The translations under genes and the position numbers were made by a program. Below are positions 17,660 through 27,057 of a stretch of 27,434 bases of DNA, piece after piece. Source of the DNA: a virus (lineage: Duplodnaviria > Caudoviricetes). The stretch is taken from the IMG/VR virus record IMGVR_UViG_3300027672_000066, positions 1 through 27,434 of that record. The stretch is one strand, 5' to 3'. A model generated the notes under the pieces. The model did no database searches. It was not told the DNA's origin and saw only the letters and a program-made list of their open reading frames with translations. The number at the start of each line of letters is the position of its first letter. Position 1 is the first letter of the stretch.

Positions 17660-18052
17660 ATGGTCGACACTACTAACGAAGTAGCCTCACAATCATCTGA
17701 AGAAGCAGCCCAACGATTAAAGAATGCGTTGGACTTTTCAAACACGATGAAGACGTTCAATCTGAACAAAAATAATCTAAGAGTTAAGACGCAGAACTTA
17801 TTAAGTTACAGTACGGCTGGTGGTTCATTCACAGTTGACCAATCACTGATTTCTTTTATGAATTTCGTTGTGTCTAGTGGCAAAACTGAAATATCATTAC
17901 TTGATAAAAATAATATACCAATTCATATCGATAATACTGAGAAATTTCTTGATGAAGTGTCAAGTCTATACTTTGAAGTTGTGAACGATTATTACAACGA
18001 ATATCAAAAATTAAGAAGTTCACGTAAAATAGAAAAAGTACTAGAGATTTAA
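17660..18052 (+). CDS. hypothetical phage protein, first gene of the GT/radical SAM operon
   Basis: 130-aa ORF with promoter and AGGAG RBS; helical ends around a GGSFTV...LLDKNNIPIHI core; next gene starts 1 nt after its stop. Confidence 0.8.
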   Translation: MVDTTNEVASQSSEEAAQRLKNALDFSNTMKTFNLNKNNLRVKTQNLLSYSTAGGSFTVDQSLISFMNFVVSSGKTEISLLDKNNIPIHIDNTEKFLDEVSSLYFEVVNDYYNEYQKLRSSRKIEKVLEI

Positions 18053-18053
18053 T

Positions 18054-18929
18054 ATGAGTCGAGGCATTATAATATTTGCTCAGAATAATGAGTATCTCAA
18101 CTACGCTGAACAGGCATCTGCGTGTGCTGGATATGCCAGAAAGAATCTTTCATTGTTTGATGAAATCTGTCTAATAACTAACACAGAAACATTAGAATCA
18201 AATGAAACACTAATTAATGAATATTTTGATAGAGTAATCATTAGTGACACATTCCAACCTGATAATATAAGACTATTCAAAGACACAACTAATAAACTCG
18301 ACTACGCATCATTTAAGAACATGGGTAGAAGTGATGTATACGACTTGTCACCATACGATGAAACATTGGTGATAGACAGTGATTATTTCATTATGAATAA
18401 TGTACTAGACCAAGTATGGGATAGTGTTAATGATGTTATGATTAACTGTAACTATCGTGATGTGTCAGAACGCCACAAAGAGAACATAGAATATCTTGAT
18501 AACTTTAGTATTCCTATGTATTGGGCAACAGTTTTTTATTTTAGAAAATCTGACTTTGCTGAGAATCTATTCACAATTATTAGTCATATAAAATATAATT
18601 TTAAGTATTATTATTATCTATATAATTGTAGTGGTAATTTATACAGAAATGATTTTGCATTTTCAATGGCATTACATATACTGAATGGTAGTGTTGCGTT
18701 TGATGTTCCGTCGTTGCCAATAAATTATCTTAACAACAGTTTTGACCTTGATGATATCTTTAGAGTCAATTCACGCAATGATATTATTATGTATTGTGCT
18801 GATGCCGAGAGGGTAACCGACCACGTACTATCCAGATTCACAAATACTGATTTACATATTATGAACAAGAAAGCAATAGGACGATTCATTGATGACTTTT
18901 TATCATACGGAGAGAAAGTAAATGAGTAA
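18054..18929 (+). CDS. GT-A fold glycosyltransferase (GT8/GT71-like)
   Basis: N-terminal RGIIIFA strand, SPYDETLVIDSDYF containing the DxD motif, WATVFYFRKS, RNDFAFSMA, late H.MNK. Confidence 0.75.
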   Translation: MSRGIIIFAQNNEYLNYAEQASACAGYARKNLSLFDEICLITNTETLESNETLINEYFDRVIISDTFQPDNIRLFKDTTNKLDYASFKNMGRSDVYDLSPYDETLVIDSDYFIMNNVLDQVWDSVNDVMINCNYRDVSERHKENIEYLDNFSIPMYWATVFYFRKSDFAENLFTIISHIKYNFKYYYYLYNCSGNLYRNDFAFSMALHILNGSVAFDVPSLPINYLNNSFDLDDIFRVNSRNDIIMYCADAERVTDHVLSRFTNTDLHIMNKKAIGRFIDDFLSYGEKVNE

Positions 18930-19779
18930 AGGGTACATAACTATCGCACAGAATAGCGAGGACATTGATTATTTAGAAATGTCTTATGCTCTTGCTCTTA
19001 GCCTAAAAGCATCACAAGAGAATAGCAATCTATGTGTGTGCGTAGATGAAGAAACTAGAAAACTAATTACAGACAAACATATACAAGCATTTGATGCCAT
19101 AGTTGATATTCCATGGAACGATGATGCGAAAGGCAACAAATGGAAGATTAACAATAAGTGGAAATATCCACACATGACTCCATACGATGAAACTATTATA
19201 CTTGATAGTGATATGATATTCACTGATAGTGTTGACCATTGGTGGGATTATCTTGCTAAGAAAGATGTTTGGTGTTGCACTAATGTTAAAACATTTCGTA
19301 ATGAAGATGTGACTAGTGACTATTATAGAAAGAAGTTTACTCAATTAAATCTACCAAATATATACAGCAACTTCACTTACTTTAAGAAGTCAGAATTAAC
19401 TTTCGAATTCTTTAAAATGGTTGAGTTGATTATGGTTCATTGGAATGTATACTTTGATAAGTTTCTTAGTGGAGTTGGTCAGAACTGGATGAGTGCTGAT
19501 GTGGCATATGCACTAGCAATTCAACTACTAGACATCGAAGCAGAAACTTGTGACTATGATATTAAAGATGTTCCTACTTTCGTTCATATGAAAAGTATGG
19601 TCCAGAATATTCCAGAAAATCAAATAGATAGTAACTGGACTAAGAGTATAACAAGTGAACTGGGTGATGATTTACAAGTAAAAATTGGCAACTTCACTCA
19701 AACATTACCTGTCCATTATGTAGAAAAGAATTGGATGGACAGCAGTAAGATTAAACAACTCGAGGATGCAGTGCTATGA
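18922..19779 (+). CDS. GT-A fold glycosyltransferase (GT8/GT71-like), paralog of the upstream gene
   Basis: KGYITIAQN, TPYDETIILDSDMIF (DxD), YSNFTYFKKS, SADVAYALA, FVHMK; 8-nt overlap with the upstream gene. Confidence 0.75.
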   Translation: MSKGYITIAQNSEDIDYLEMSYALALSLKASQENSNLCVCVDEETRKLITDKHIQAFDAIVDIPWNDDAKGNKWKINNKWKYPHMTPYDETIILDSDMIFTDSVDHWWDYLAKKDVWCCTNVKTFRNEDVTSDYYRKKFTQLNLPNIYSNFTYFKKSELTFEFFKMVELIMVHWNVYFDKFLSGVGQNWMSADVAYALAIQLLDIEAETCDYDIKDVPTFVHMKSMVQNIPENQIDSNWTKSITSELGDDLQVKIGNFTQTLPVHYVEKNWMDSSKIKQLEDAVL

Positions 19780-20342
19780 TAAGTGTTATAGAAAGAACTA
19801 ATACGAGTCGTGCTGTTTATTTTGATGGCTTTAGTAACATCGTGCAAATAACAAATCAAATACAAGATACTAAAGATTTGTTTGCATGGTTTGAGATAGA
19901 AGATATTAAACCATTTCTCGATGGACGTTATAAATTTTCAGATTATATAGTAAGCAGAACAGATAATCCACTAATATATGAGATTATAAAAACAAAAGTT
20001 GATATTAGACGAAGAAACAAAGACAATCAATTACATAAGATACTAACGATAGATGATGCCGATATCTTTATTCACATGGAAGATGATGAATTGGTATTTG
20101 AATCGAGTGAAAAATTAACTGAAAGTATCGGAATTGACCCAAACCAACTAGTAAGTGTTGCTGGAAAGTCTGACCACGTGTTCTTCGTTACTCATAAAGA
20201 TAGACCAGAGTTTTTAATTAAGACAATAGAGGTTCCATTTTCTGAATTATTGTCTACTGGAAAACGAGTTAAGTTCGTAGAGAATAAATACAGTATAAGC
20301 GTTTATACGCAGAAGTATTTTGACAAATATTCGTGGAGATAA
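19776..20342 (+). CDS. hypothetical protein in the GT cluster
   Basis: 188-aa ORF with ATGA overlap to the upstream GT and a 3-nt gap to the downstream gene; no motif recognised. Confidence 0.75.
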   Translation: MISVIERTNTSRAVYFDGFSNIVQITNQIQDTKDLFAWFEIEDIKPFLDGRYKFSDYIVSRTDNPLIYEIIKTKVDIRRRNKDNQLHKILTIDDADIFIHMEDDELVFESSEKLTESIGIDPNQLVSVAGKSDHVFFVTHKDRPEFLIKTIEVPFSELLSTGKRVKFVENKYSISVYTQKYFDKYSWR

Positions 20343-20345
20343 AGT

Positions 20346-21335
20346 ATGAAAGAAACAGTATTAGTTCTTGGTGACTTAGATGTATTCTACATCAGTTACG
20401 ATGAACCAGCAAAAGAAGAACATTGGGCGAATCTAATGATGAAGTTCCCATTTGCTAAAAGAGTAGATGGAGTAAAAGGATTCGATAACGCACATAAAGA
20501 GTGTGCAAGACAAAGTGAAACTAGTAGATTTATTAGCATTGATGGCGACAATATTGTTGATGAGAAGTTTTTTGACTTAGAAATTACTTTCCCACCAGGT
20601 ACCGACTTAGAACACTCAGTCATTAGTTGGAGTGCTAAGAACATGGTAAATGGATTAGTATACGGAAACGGTGGAATCAAATGTTGGCCAGTAGATTTAG
20701 TTTTAGAAATGGAAACACACGAGAATGCAGTTGACGAAACAAAGAAAGTAGATTTCTGTTGGGATTTGAATTACATTCAGATGAACAATATCTATTCAGA
20801 AGTATATAACGCAGGCTCACCATTTCAAGCCTTTCGTGCAGGATATCGTGAAGGTGTTAAGATGTCACTAGACGAAGGAAAACAAGTTCCAATTGAAGAC
20901 TTTCAAAAAAGAATATGGCCAAAGAACTATGAAAGATTATTAACATGGTGTAATATAGGTGCTGATGTAGAGAATGGTATCTGGGCTTGCTTTGGTGCAA
21001 GATTAGGATGTCACGATATCAACTTTGTTGATGGCTACAAACTAGAAAACATTTCATCATTTGATTGGTTCAAGACTTATTTCGAAGAAGAAATTCTTCC
21101 TACATGCAAGAGTGATAAGGATAATGAAAAATGTTCTAGGACTGGAACAGAATGGAATTATGATATGTTGTATGACGAGGCTTTACGAATTGGCGATATT
21201 CTTAATGATAAGATGGGAATGGAAATTTGTGACCCTGCGCCAGAAGTATCGGCATTCTTTAAAAGAACTTATAATAATCCATCGAGAACTAAAAATCCAA
21301 TAGCAACAGAAAAGCAAACCGGTTGGGATAGATAA
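20346..21335 (+). CDS. GT-A fold (GT2-like) nucleotide-sugar transferase-like protein
   Basis: DVFYISYDEP first strand, GVKGFDNAH..CA, RFISIDGDNIV (DxD after a hydrophobic strand), YGNGGIKCW, AFRAGYREGVKM. Confidence 0.65.
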   Translation: MKETVLVLGDLDVFYISYDEPAKEEHWANLMMKFPFAKRVDGVKGFDNAHKECARQSETSRFISIDGDNIVDEKFFDLEITFPPGTDLEHSVISWSAKNMVNGLVYGNGGIKCWPVDLVLEMETHENAVDETKKVDFCWDLNYIQMNNIYSEVYNAGSPFQAFRAGYREGVKMSLDEGKQVPIEDFQKRIWPKNYERLLTWCNIGADVENGIWACFGARLGCHDINFVDGYKLENISSFDWFKTYFEEEILPTCKSDKDNEKCSRTGTEWNYDMLYDEALRIGDILNDKMGMEICDPAPEVSAFFKRTYNNPSRTKNPIATEKQTGWDR

Positions 21336-22906
21336 TGTCAAATTATGACGATGATGCAGTTGTCACTAGAGACAATTTAAATGCATTGTCTCCGTCTATG
21401 TGTATGGCAAAATGGCTTCAAGTAAGTCTACACTTGCCACAGGGGCGAACTCACAGTTGTTATCATCCACCAACACACGCTATTCCATTACATGAACTAA
21501 AAGCAAACGTAAATGCATTGCATAACACACAGTTCAAACTAGAAGAACGAAAGCAGATGAAAGAAGGTATTCGCCCAGAAGGATGCCAGTACTGTTGGAA
21601 TGTTGAAGATGCGCCAAGTCCACCAGAGGGTGGCAGGTTAAGTGATAGACACTATCGTTCAAGTGAGTGGTGGGTCAAAGATGCATGGGAAGAAGTTGTA
21701 ACACAACCATGGGACCATGATATTACTCCTAGATATGTAGAAGTCAATTTCAATCAGGCATGTAACTTTAAGTGTTCTTATTGTTCTCCTCATTTATCTA
21801 CGGCATGGGAAGATGATATTAAAGAACACGGAGCATTTAAATTTTCGAATAAAACAGGTCACAATGATATAGATTATCTCCGCCGCACTGGCATGATGCC
21901 ATTAGAAGTTGCACGGAAAGATAATCCGTATATTACTGCATTCTGGGAATGGTTTCCTAATGTGTATCAAGATTTGAAAGTTTTTCGTATGACCGGCGGC
22001 GAACCATTGATGGATAATAATACGTTCAAGGTATTGGATTATGTTAATGAAAATCCAAACGCAACATTAGATTTAAGTATAACATCAAATATGTGTCCAC
22101 CACAAGATGCGTTATTTGATAAGTTCATGGACAAGTTGAAAGCAATTGAAGAAGTGCGAGTGTGGGAAGATACTACTAAGTTTAATCCAGACAGTGGCAA
22201 CTACTGGTATGTCGCACCAGCATGTAAACATTTTTCGTTATATGTTAGTATAGACGGAGTAGGCAAACAAGCAGAATATATGCGTGATGGGCTAGACTTC
22301 GATAAGATGTATCAAAACTGTAGACGTGTATTGAGTGAAACATCTGGCACTGAGATTTCATTCATCAACACATTTAACTTATTAAGTATTCCCAATCTAC
22401 GTGGCTTTCTACAAATGATATTAGACTTGCGTGAAGAATTCGGCTACGAGAACCAAGAAGATGTAAGTATTCAACCACCAGATAAAAACGGATTCAAGCA
22501 TCCAACTTTTGTTCGTAAGAAGAGACAACGAATTTGGTTTGATTTACCATATCTTAGATACCCAGATTGGATGACTATTCAATTAGCAGATGGCGATATG
22601 TTAGATATCATGCAAGAGAACATTGACTTTATGAAAGGTCATATATTAGAAGATGATTTATATGGTCGCAAGTACACTGGCTTTAAGAATTATGAAGTAC
22701 TAAAACTAGAACGAGATTTAGCATGGGCTAAAGAGGGCATGAATCTTTCTTCAGAAGACTTAAGTGATAAATTAATAAGGTTCTATGAGTACTTCACCCA
22801 ATATGATGAACGCAGAAATTTAAACTTCTTAGAAACATTTCCAGAGATGACAGATTTCTGGAACGAAGCAAAAGAAGAATACGAAGAACAATACAATGGT
22901 AGATAA
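21335..22906 (+). CDS. radical SAM enzyme with N-terminal twitch/SPASM-like domain (RS1)
   Basis: CNFKCSYC (CxxxCxxC), TGGEPLM, SIDG; N-terminal C-x18-C (CMAKW...HSCYHP) plus CQYC. Confidence 0.93.
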   Translation: MSNYDDDAVVTRDNLNALSPSMCMAKWLQVSLHLPQGRTHSCYHPPTHAIPLHELKANVNALHNTQFKLEERKQMKEGIRPEGCQYCWNVEDAPSPPEGGRLSDRHYRSSEWWVKDAWEEVVTQPWDHDITPRYVEVNFNQACNFKCSYCSPHLSTAWEDDIKEHGAFKFSNKTGHNDIDYLRRTGMMPLEVARKDNPYITAFWEWFPNVYQDLKVFRMTGGEPLMDNNTFKVLDYVNENPNATLDLSITSNMCPPQDALFDKFMDKLKAIEEVRVWEDTTKFNPDSGNYWYVAPACKHFSLYVSIDGVGKQAEYMRDGLDFDKMYQNCRRVLSETSGTEISFINTFNLLSIPNLRGFLQMILDLREEFGYENQEDVSIQPPDKNGFKHPTFVRKKRQRIWFDLPYLRYPDWMTIQLADGDMLDIMQENIDFMKGHILEDDLYGRKYTGFKNYEVLKLERDLAWAKEGMNLSSEDLSDKLIRFYEYFTQYDERRNLNFLETFPEMTDFWNEAKEEYEEQYNGR

Positions 22907-24293
22907 AGAAAAAACAGAAGAATCATTCAAAGATTACAAGACTCGGGTTATGGATTCGAAAAGCGCCTCGTATTGTGGTGCAAAATGGTATAACGCAACT
23001 ATCTGGCTAGGACATGGACAGACTACGAGTTGCCATCTCCCTGCATCACATGCCATTCCATTAGAAGAATTGAAAGATAATCCTTCAGCAATTCATAATA
23101 CGCCCCATAAGAAACAGATGCGTAAGATGATGATGCAAGGTGACAGACCACCAGAATGTTATAAGTGTTGGAATGAAGAAGACGAGGGCGAAGATAGAAT
23201 TTCTGAACGAGTATTTAAAACAATTCAATACAACGATACAGATTTAAATTCCACAATGACAAGAAAATGGAACGATGACACGTTCTTACGAACACTCGAA
23301 ATCTCATTTGATAGAGCATGTAATATGGCATGTTCATACTGTGGACCTACATTCAGTACTACATGGGTAAAAGATATTAAAGATAACGGTCCGTATAAAA
23401 ATCTTCCATCAGATAGCAGAAATCATTATAGTAGTACTGCTGAATGGGCAGATAGTTATGCCAAGAAAGATGAAGACAACCCATATATTCAAGCATTTTG
23501 GGAATGGTGGGAAGAAGAAGGCGGACTAGTAGATACGTTAGAAGAAATACGTATAACTGGTGGTGAACCCATTATGCATACGAGTGTGTGGAAATTATTT
23601 GATTGGTTTAAGAATAATCCAGAACGTGGCAGAAATATGCGAGTTGGAATTAACTCAAATCTTGTTCCAGAAAAAGAGAAGACCTTTGAGAAATTATTAG
23701 ATGTTGTACAATATATACCAAACTTTAGCATTTTCACAAGTTGCGAGGCAACAGGAGCACAAGCAGAGTATATTCGTCATGGAATGAATTACGATGTTTG
23801 GTTAAATAACGTTAAGAGATTATTAGCCCAACCAAAGGTAGAGGGATTTTCTGTAATGATGACTATTAATGCGTTGTGCTTGGGAACACTGACAGATTTA
23901 ATGGATGATATGTTGGGACTCCGTAAATCGTTTGACAGAGGGCAAATGCCATTTTTGTCATTAAACTTAGTGTATAATCCCGAGTTTCAGAACATTAGCA
24001 CGTTACCAACTCACGTCATAGAACACTATAACAATAAGTTAAAGGAATGGTATGAACGAAGAAAAACAGATTTATGGGATAAAGAACAAGTAAGAGTTAC
24101 TCGTATTATTAATTACATGGATAAAGCAATAGCCAATCCACATCCAGAAGAATTATTAAAAAAGAGACAGCACGATTTCAAAGCATTCTACACACAATAT
24201 GATGAAAGACGTGGCTTAGATTTTAGAGCAACATTTGACCCTATCATGGTAGATTGGTATGATAGTTTAGTAACGGAGAAAGAATATGGGTAG
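22896..24293 (+). CDS. radical SAM enzyme with N-terminal twitch/SPASM-like domain (RS2)
   Basis: CNMACSYC, TGGEPIM; N-terminal CGAKW...TSCHLP plus CYKC; 11-nt overlap with RS1. Confidence 0.93.
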   Translation: MVDKEKTEESFKDYKTRVMDSKSASYCGAKWYNATIWLGHGQTTSCHLPASHAIPLEELKDNPSAIHNTPHKKQMRKMMMQGDRPPECYKCWNEEDEGEDRISERVFKTIQYNDTDLNSTMTRKWNDDTFLRTLEISFDRACNMACSYCGPTFSTTWVKDIKDNGPYKNLPSDSRNHYSSTAEWADSYAKKDEDNPYIQAFWEWWEEEGGLVDTLEEIRITGGEPIMHTSVWKLFDWFKNNPERGRNMRVGINSNLVPEKEKTFEKLLDVVQYIPNFSIFTSCEATGAQAEYIRHGMNYDVWLNNVKRLLAQPKVEGFSVMMTINALCLGTLTDLMDDMLGLRKSFDRGQMPFLSLNLVYNPEFQNISTLPTHVIEHYNNKLKEWYERRKTDLWDKEQVRVTRIINYMDKAIANPHPEELLKKRQHDFKAFYTQYDERRGLDFRATFDPIMVDWYDSLVTEKEYG

Positions 24294-25836
24294 AGGAAGA
24301 ATTGGAGTTGAAACTCTCCATCTATACAAGGAACGAGTAATCGATCCAATTAGTAAGTCGTATTGTGCCGCTAAGTGGTACAATGCAACTATCTGGTTAG
24401 GACACGGACAAACTACAAGTTGTCATCACCCACCGGGACATTGGATTCCTCTTGAAGAACTAGAAGATAATCCATCAGCAATTCATAATACGCCACATAA
24501 GAAGAAGATGCGTAAGATGATGCAAGAGGGTGAGCGTCCAGCAGAGTGTGAGTACTGTTGGAAAGTTGAAGATATGGGCAAAAATCATATATCTGATAGA
24601 GTATTCAAAACAGAAATCTTCACAGATGAAGATATAGAAAAAACCACAACAATGCCTTGGGAAGAAAATGTAAACTTAAAGACGCTTGAGATTTCATTCG
24701 ACCGAGCGTGTAACTTTAAATGTTCTTATTGTAATCCAGCATTTAGTACAGCATGGGTTAAAGACATCAACGACTATGGTGGCTATCAGAACATTCAGTC
24801 TGATGGTCGCGGACATTTCCAAGATACCGCACCATATGCCGAACCTGCAACTAAGAAGCAAGAAGACAACCCATACATACAAGCATTTCATAAGTGGTGG
24901 GAAAGTGACTTAGCAGACTCTTTAGAAGAGATTCGTATTACTGGCGGTGAACCTATTATGCATAAAGGCACATGGAAACTGTTTCAATGGTTCAAAGACA
25001 ATCCAGATAGAGGGCAAGATATGAGATTCGCTATCAACTCTAATATGTGTCCTGACACTCCTAAAGTGTTAGACCGACTTGTAAAAGAGTCTTGGCATGT
25101 TCCACACCTCGAAGTATACACGAGTATGGAAGCAACAGGAGTACAAGGCGAGTACATTCGTGATGGACTTGACTACGACCTGTGGATGAGTAATATACAT
25201 AGAGTTCTAAACGAAAGTAACGTTAAAAAACTTCATATGATGATGACTATCAACTCTCTTTGTTTAGTTTCTATTACAGAATTTATGGACCAGATGTTAG
25301 ATTTACGTGAACAGTATGGAAACAAAGCACCAACTATGACACTGAATATCTTAAGATTCCCATCATTTCAAAGTGCGGCAATACTACCAGAAGACATTAA
25401 AACATTCTATAAAGAGAAGTTAGATAACTGGTATAAGAGTGAGCGTCCACAGGAAATGCTAAGTGATGGAGAGAAAGAAAGTGTTCGTAGACTGGTTGAC
25501 TACTTAGATATTATTAAGACTCCACACAAGAACACAGCAGAGACACCGAAGTTGTATAATGATTTCAAGTCGTTCTTTGCTCAGTATGATATACGTAGAG
25601 GAAAAGATTTCGTATCTACATTTCCTGGACCATTAGCAGACTGGTTTACTTCACTTGAAGCGAAAGTTCCTAGTGAAAAAGATATACTGTCGAAAAGAAT
25701 AGAACTAGTGGCAGTAGACAGAGCAGGCGACCCAGCAACTATGGAAGCATATGACGGTGGTGATGATGCACACGAACTAGTTGCTGGCTGGAACACCGAC
25801 ACTGATGAGTTGGGTGGAGTTAATGTTGATGAGTAA
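24286..25836 (+). CDS. radical SAM enzyme with N-terminal twitch/SPASM-like domain (RS3), close paralog of RS2, acidic C-terminal tail
   Basis: CNFKCSYC, TGGEPIM; N-terminal CAAKW...TSCHHP plus CEYC; 8-nt overlap with RS2. Confidence 0.93.
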   Translation: MGRGRIGVETLHLYKERVIDPISKSYCAAKWYNATIWLGHGQTTSCHHPPGHWIPLEELEDNPSAIHNTPHKKKMRKMMQEGERPAECEYCWKVEDMGKNHISDRVFKTEIFTDEDIEKTTTMPWEENVNLKTLEISFDRACNFKCSYCNPAFSTAWVKDINDYGGYQNIQSDGRGHFQDTAPYAEPATKKQEDNPYIQAFHKWWESDLADSLEEIRITGGEPIMHKGTWKLFQWFKDNPDRGQDMRFAINSNMCPDTPKVLDRLVKESWHVPHLEVYTSMEATGVQGEYIRDGLDYDLWMSNIHRVLNESNVKKLHMMMTINSLCLVSITEFMDQMLDLREQYGNKAPTMTLNILRFPSFQSAAILPEDIKTFYKEKLDNWYKSERPQEMLSDGEKESVRRLVDYLDIIKTPHKNTAETPKLYNDFKSFFAQYDIRRGKDFVSTFPGPLADWFTSLEAKVPSEKDILSKRIELVAVDRAGDPATMEAYDGGDDAHELVAGWNTDTDELGGVNVDE

Positions 25837-25882
25837 ACATTTAGTTCTGTTTTATGGAAGAACTGGCGTAACAGAATCATGA
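25829..25882 (+). CDS. 17-codon ORF MSKHLVLFYGRTGVTES (coupled minigene, or frameshifted N-terminus of the next gene)
   Basis: ATG overlaps the RS3 stop (ATGAGTAA), is preceded by GGTGGAG at 25813-25819, and its TGA overlaps the next ATG (ATGA at 25879-25882). Confidence 0.45.
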   Translation: MSKHLVLFYGRTGVTES

Positions 25883-27054
25883 TAGAAGAGATTATGCAAA
25901 TCACAACTGACGAAGAATACATCAGTTATTTGGCAAAGGAGAAAGACACTGATATGGTTGTAGACTTGCGACCAGGCAAGAATATTGTACTATGTACTTT
26001 AGATGGAAACTCTTATAATCACTGGTTACCAAGATTGGCTGCTTTTATAAAAGACCGAGTTGATAATGACCATGGACTACCAGATAAAATTTACATCACA
26101 TATACTACCGAACCATTTTTAGATATGGGAGACAAGGTGTTCTCACAGATTGTAGAAAAAGGATTTTATGTCACTGAAAAGAATTCAAATGTTTCATACT
26201 ATGATGAAAATATCGAATGCACATTCATCAATGGTGATCTTGCTATTGTAGACAGCGTTACAAAGTACCTATCAGTAAACAATTTGTCTATTGGAAATAT
26301 TAAAACCATTGGATATCCCCTCGGATTATTGTCAAGAACAAGAAATAGACTAACAGAATTAAATGCTAATAATAAAATAGCAGATTACAACAGTAATCCA
26401 ACAAAACATTTTATATGCTTGAATGCTGTCGCTTGTCGTTACCGGGCGGAACTAGTAACGTGGTTACATCAAACTGGTATTATTGACAAATGTCATTGGA
26501 GTTGGCTAAGACGAAAAACTACAAAAGAATGGGACGAACATCTTGAAGAGTGTGGCTTTAGTGACACAGAAATATTCGATTTTAGAAAAACAACAGTACT
26601 TGATATATCGTTAGACGAATTAGAAATTCATACAAACCAAGACACCGTGAGTGATTTTTATTATCTAACTGATAGTCTAATTGATATTGGAGTTGAAACA
26701 GTTCCGGATGCACATCAGTTCATTACCGAAAAAACATGGAAACCCTATCTTCATGGAAAGATATCATTATTTCTTAACTGCCAAAGTTATTATTCTATTT
26801 TAAAAAATCTCGGATTCGAGTTATATGATGAGATTTTTGATTACTCATTTGATACAATAATAGATATACATGAAAGACAAACAGCATACTATGCCGAGTT
26901 AAAAAGAATAAGTGATATCTCGATCGAAGAGTTACAAATGAAGATAAGTACTATTGAAGATAAAATTTTAAGAAATAGAAATCATGCCTGGAACTGTGAC
27001 TTGGGCACTCTTTTTCCGTTTAAAGATTATCCAACATTATTACCACAGGAATAA
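25879..27054 (+). CDS. GT10 (fucosyltransferase)/exostosin-like GT-B glycosyltransferase-like protein
   Basis: KHFICLN....YRAELV, IDIGVETVPDAHQFITEKTWKP (compare the GT10 motif FENS...YITEK), LKNLGFELYDEIFDYSFD. Confidence 0.55.
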   Translation: MIEEIMQITTDEEYISYLAKEKDTDMVVDLRPGKNIVLCTLDGNSYNHWLPRLAAFIKDRVDNDHGLPDKIYITYTTEPFLDMGDKVFSQIVEKGFYVTEKNSNVSYYDENIECTFINGDLAIVDSVTKYLSVNNLSIGNIKTIGYPLGLLSRTRNRLTELNANNKIADYNSNPTKHFICLNAVACRYRAELVTWLHQTGIIDKCHWSWLRRKTTKEWDEHLEECGFSDTEIFDFRKTTVLDISLDELEIHTNQDTVSDFYYLTDSLIDIGVETVPDAHQFITEKTWKPYLHGKISLFLNCQSYYSILKNLGFELYDEIFDYSFDTIIDIHERQTAYYAELKRISDISIEELQMKISTIEDKILRNRNHAWNCDLGTLFPFKDYPTLLPQE

Positions 27055-27057
27055 CTA

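Noticed and set aside
21335-25836. Assigning RS1-3 as MoaA, NrdG, QueE, PqqE or anaerobic sulfatase maturase
   Set aside because: Domain order and length differ and none of the partner genes are present in the window, so no gene symbol is justified.
24286-27054. Stop-codon read-through fusing RS3 to the GT10-like gene (same frame, single TAA at 25834-25836)
   Set aside because: TAA is the dominant stop in this window and is rarely read through; the coupled 17-codon ORF explains the gap more simply.
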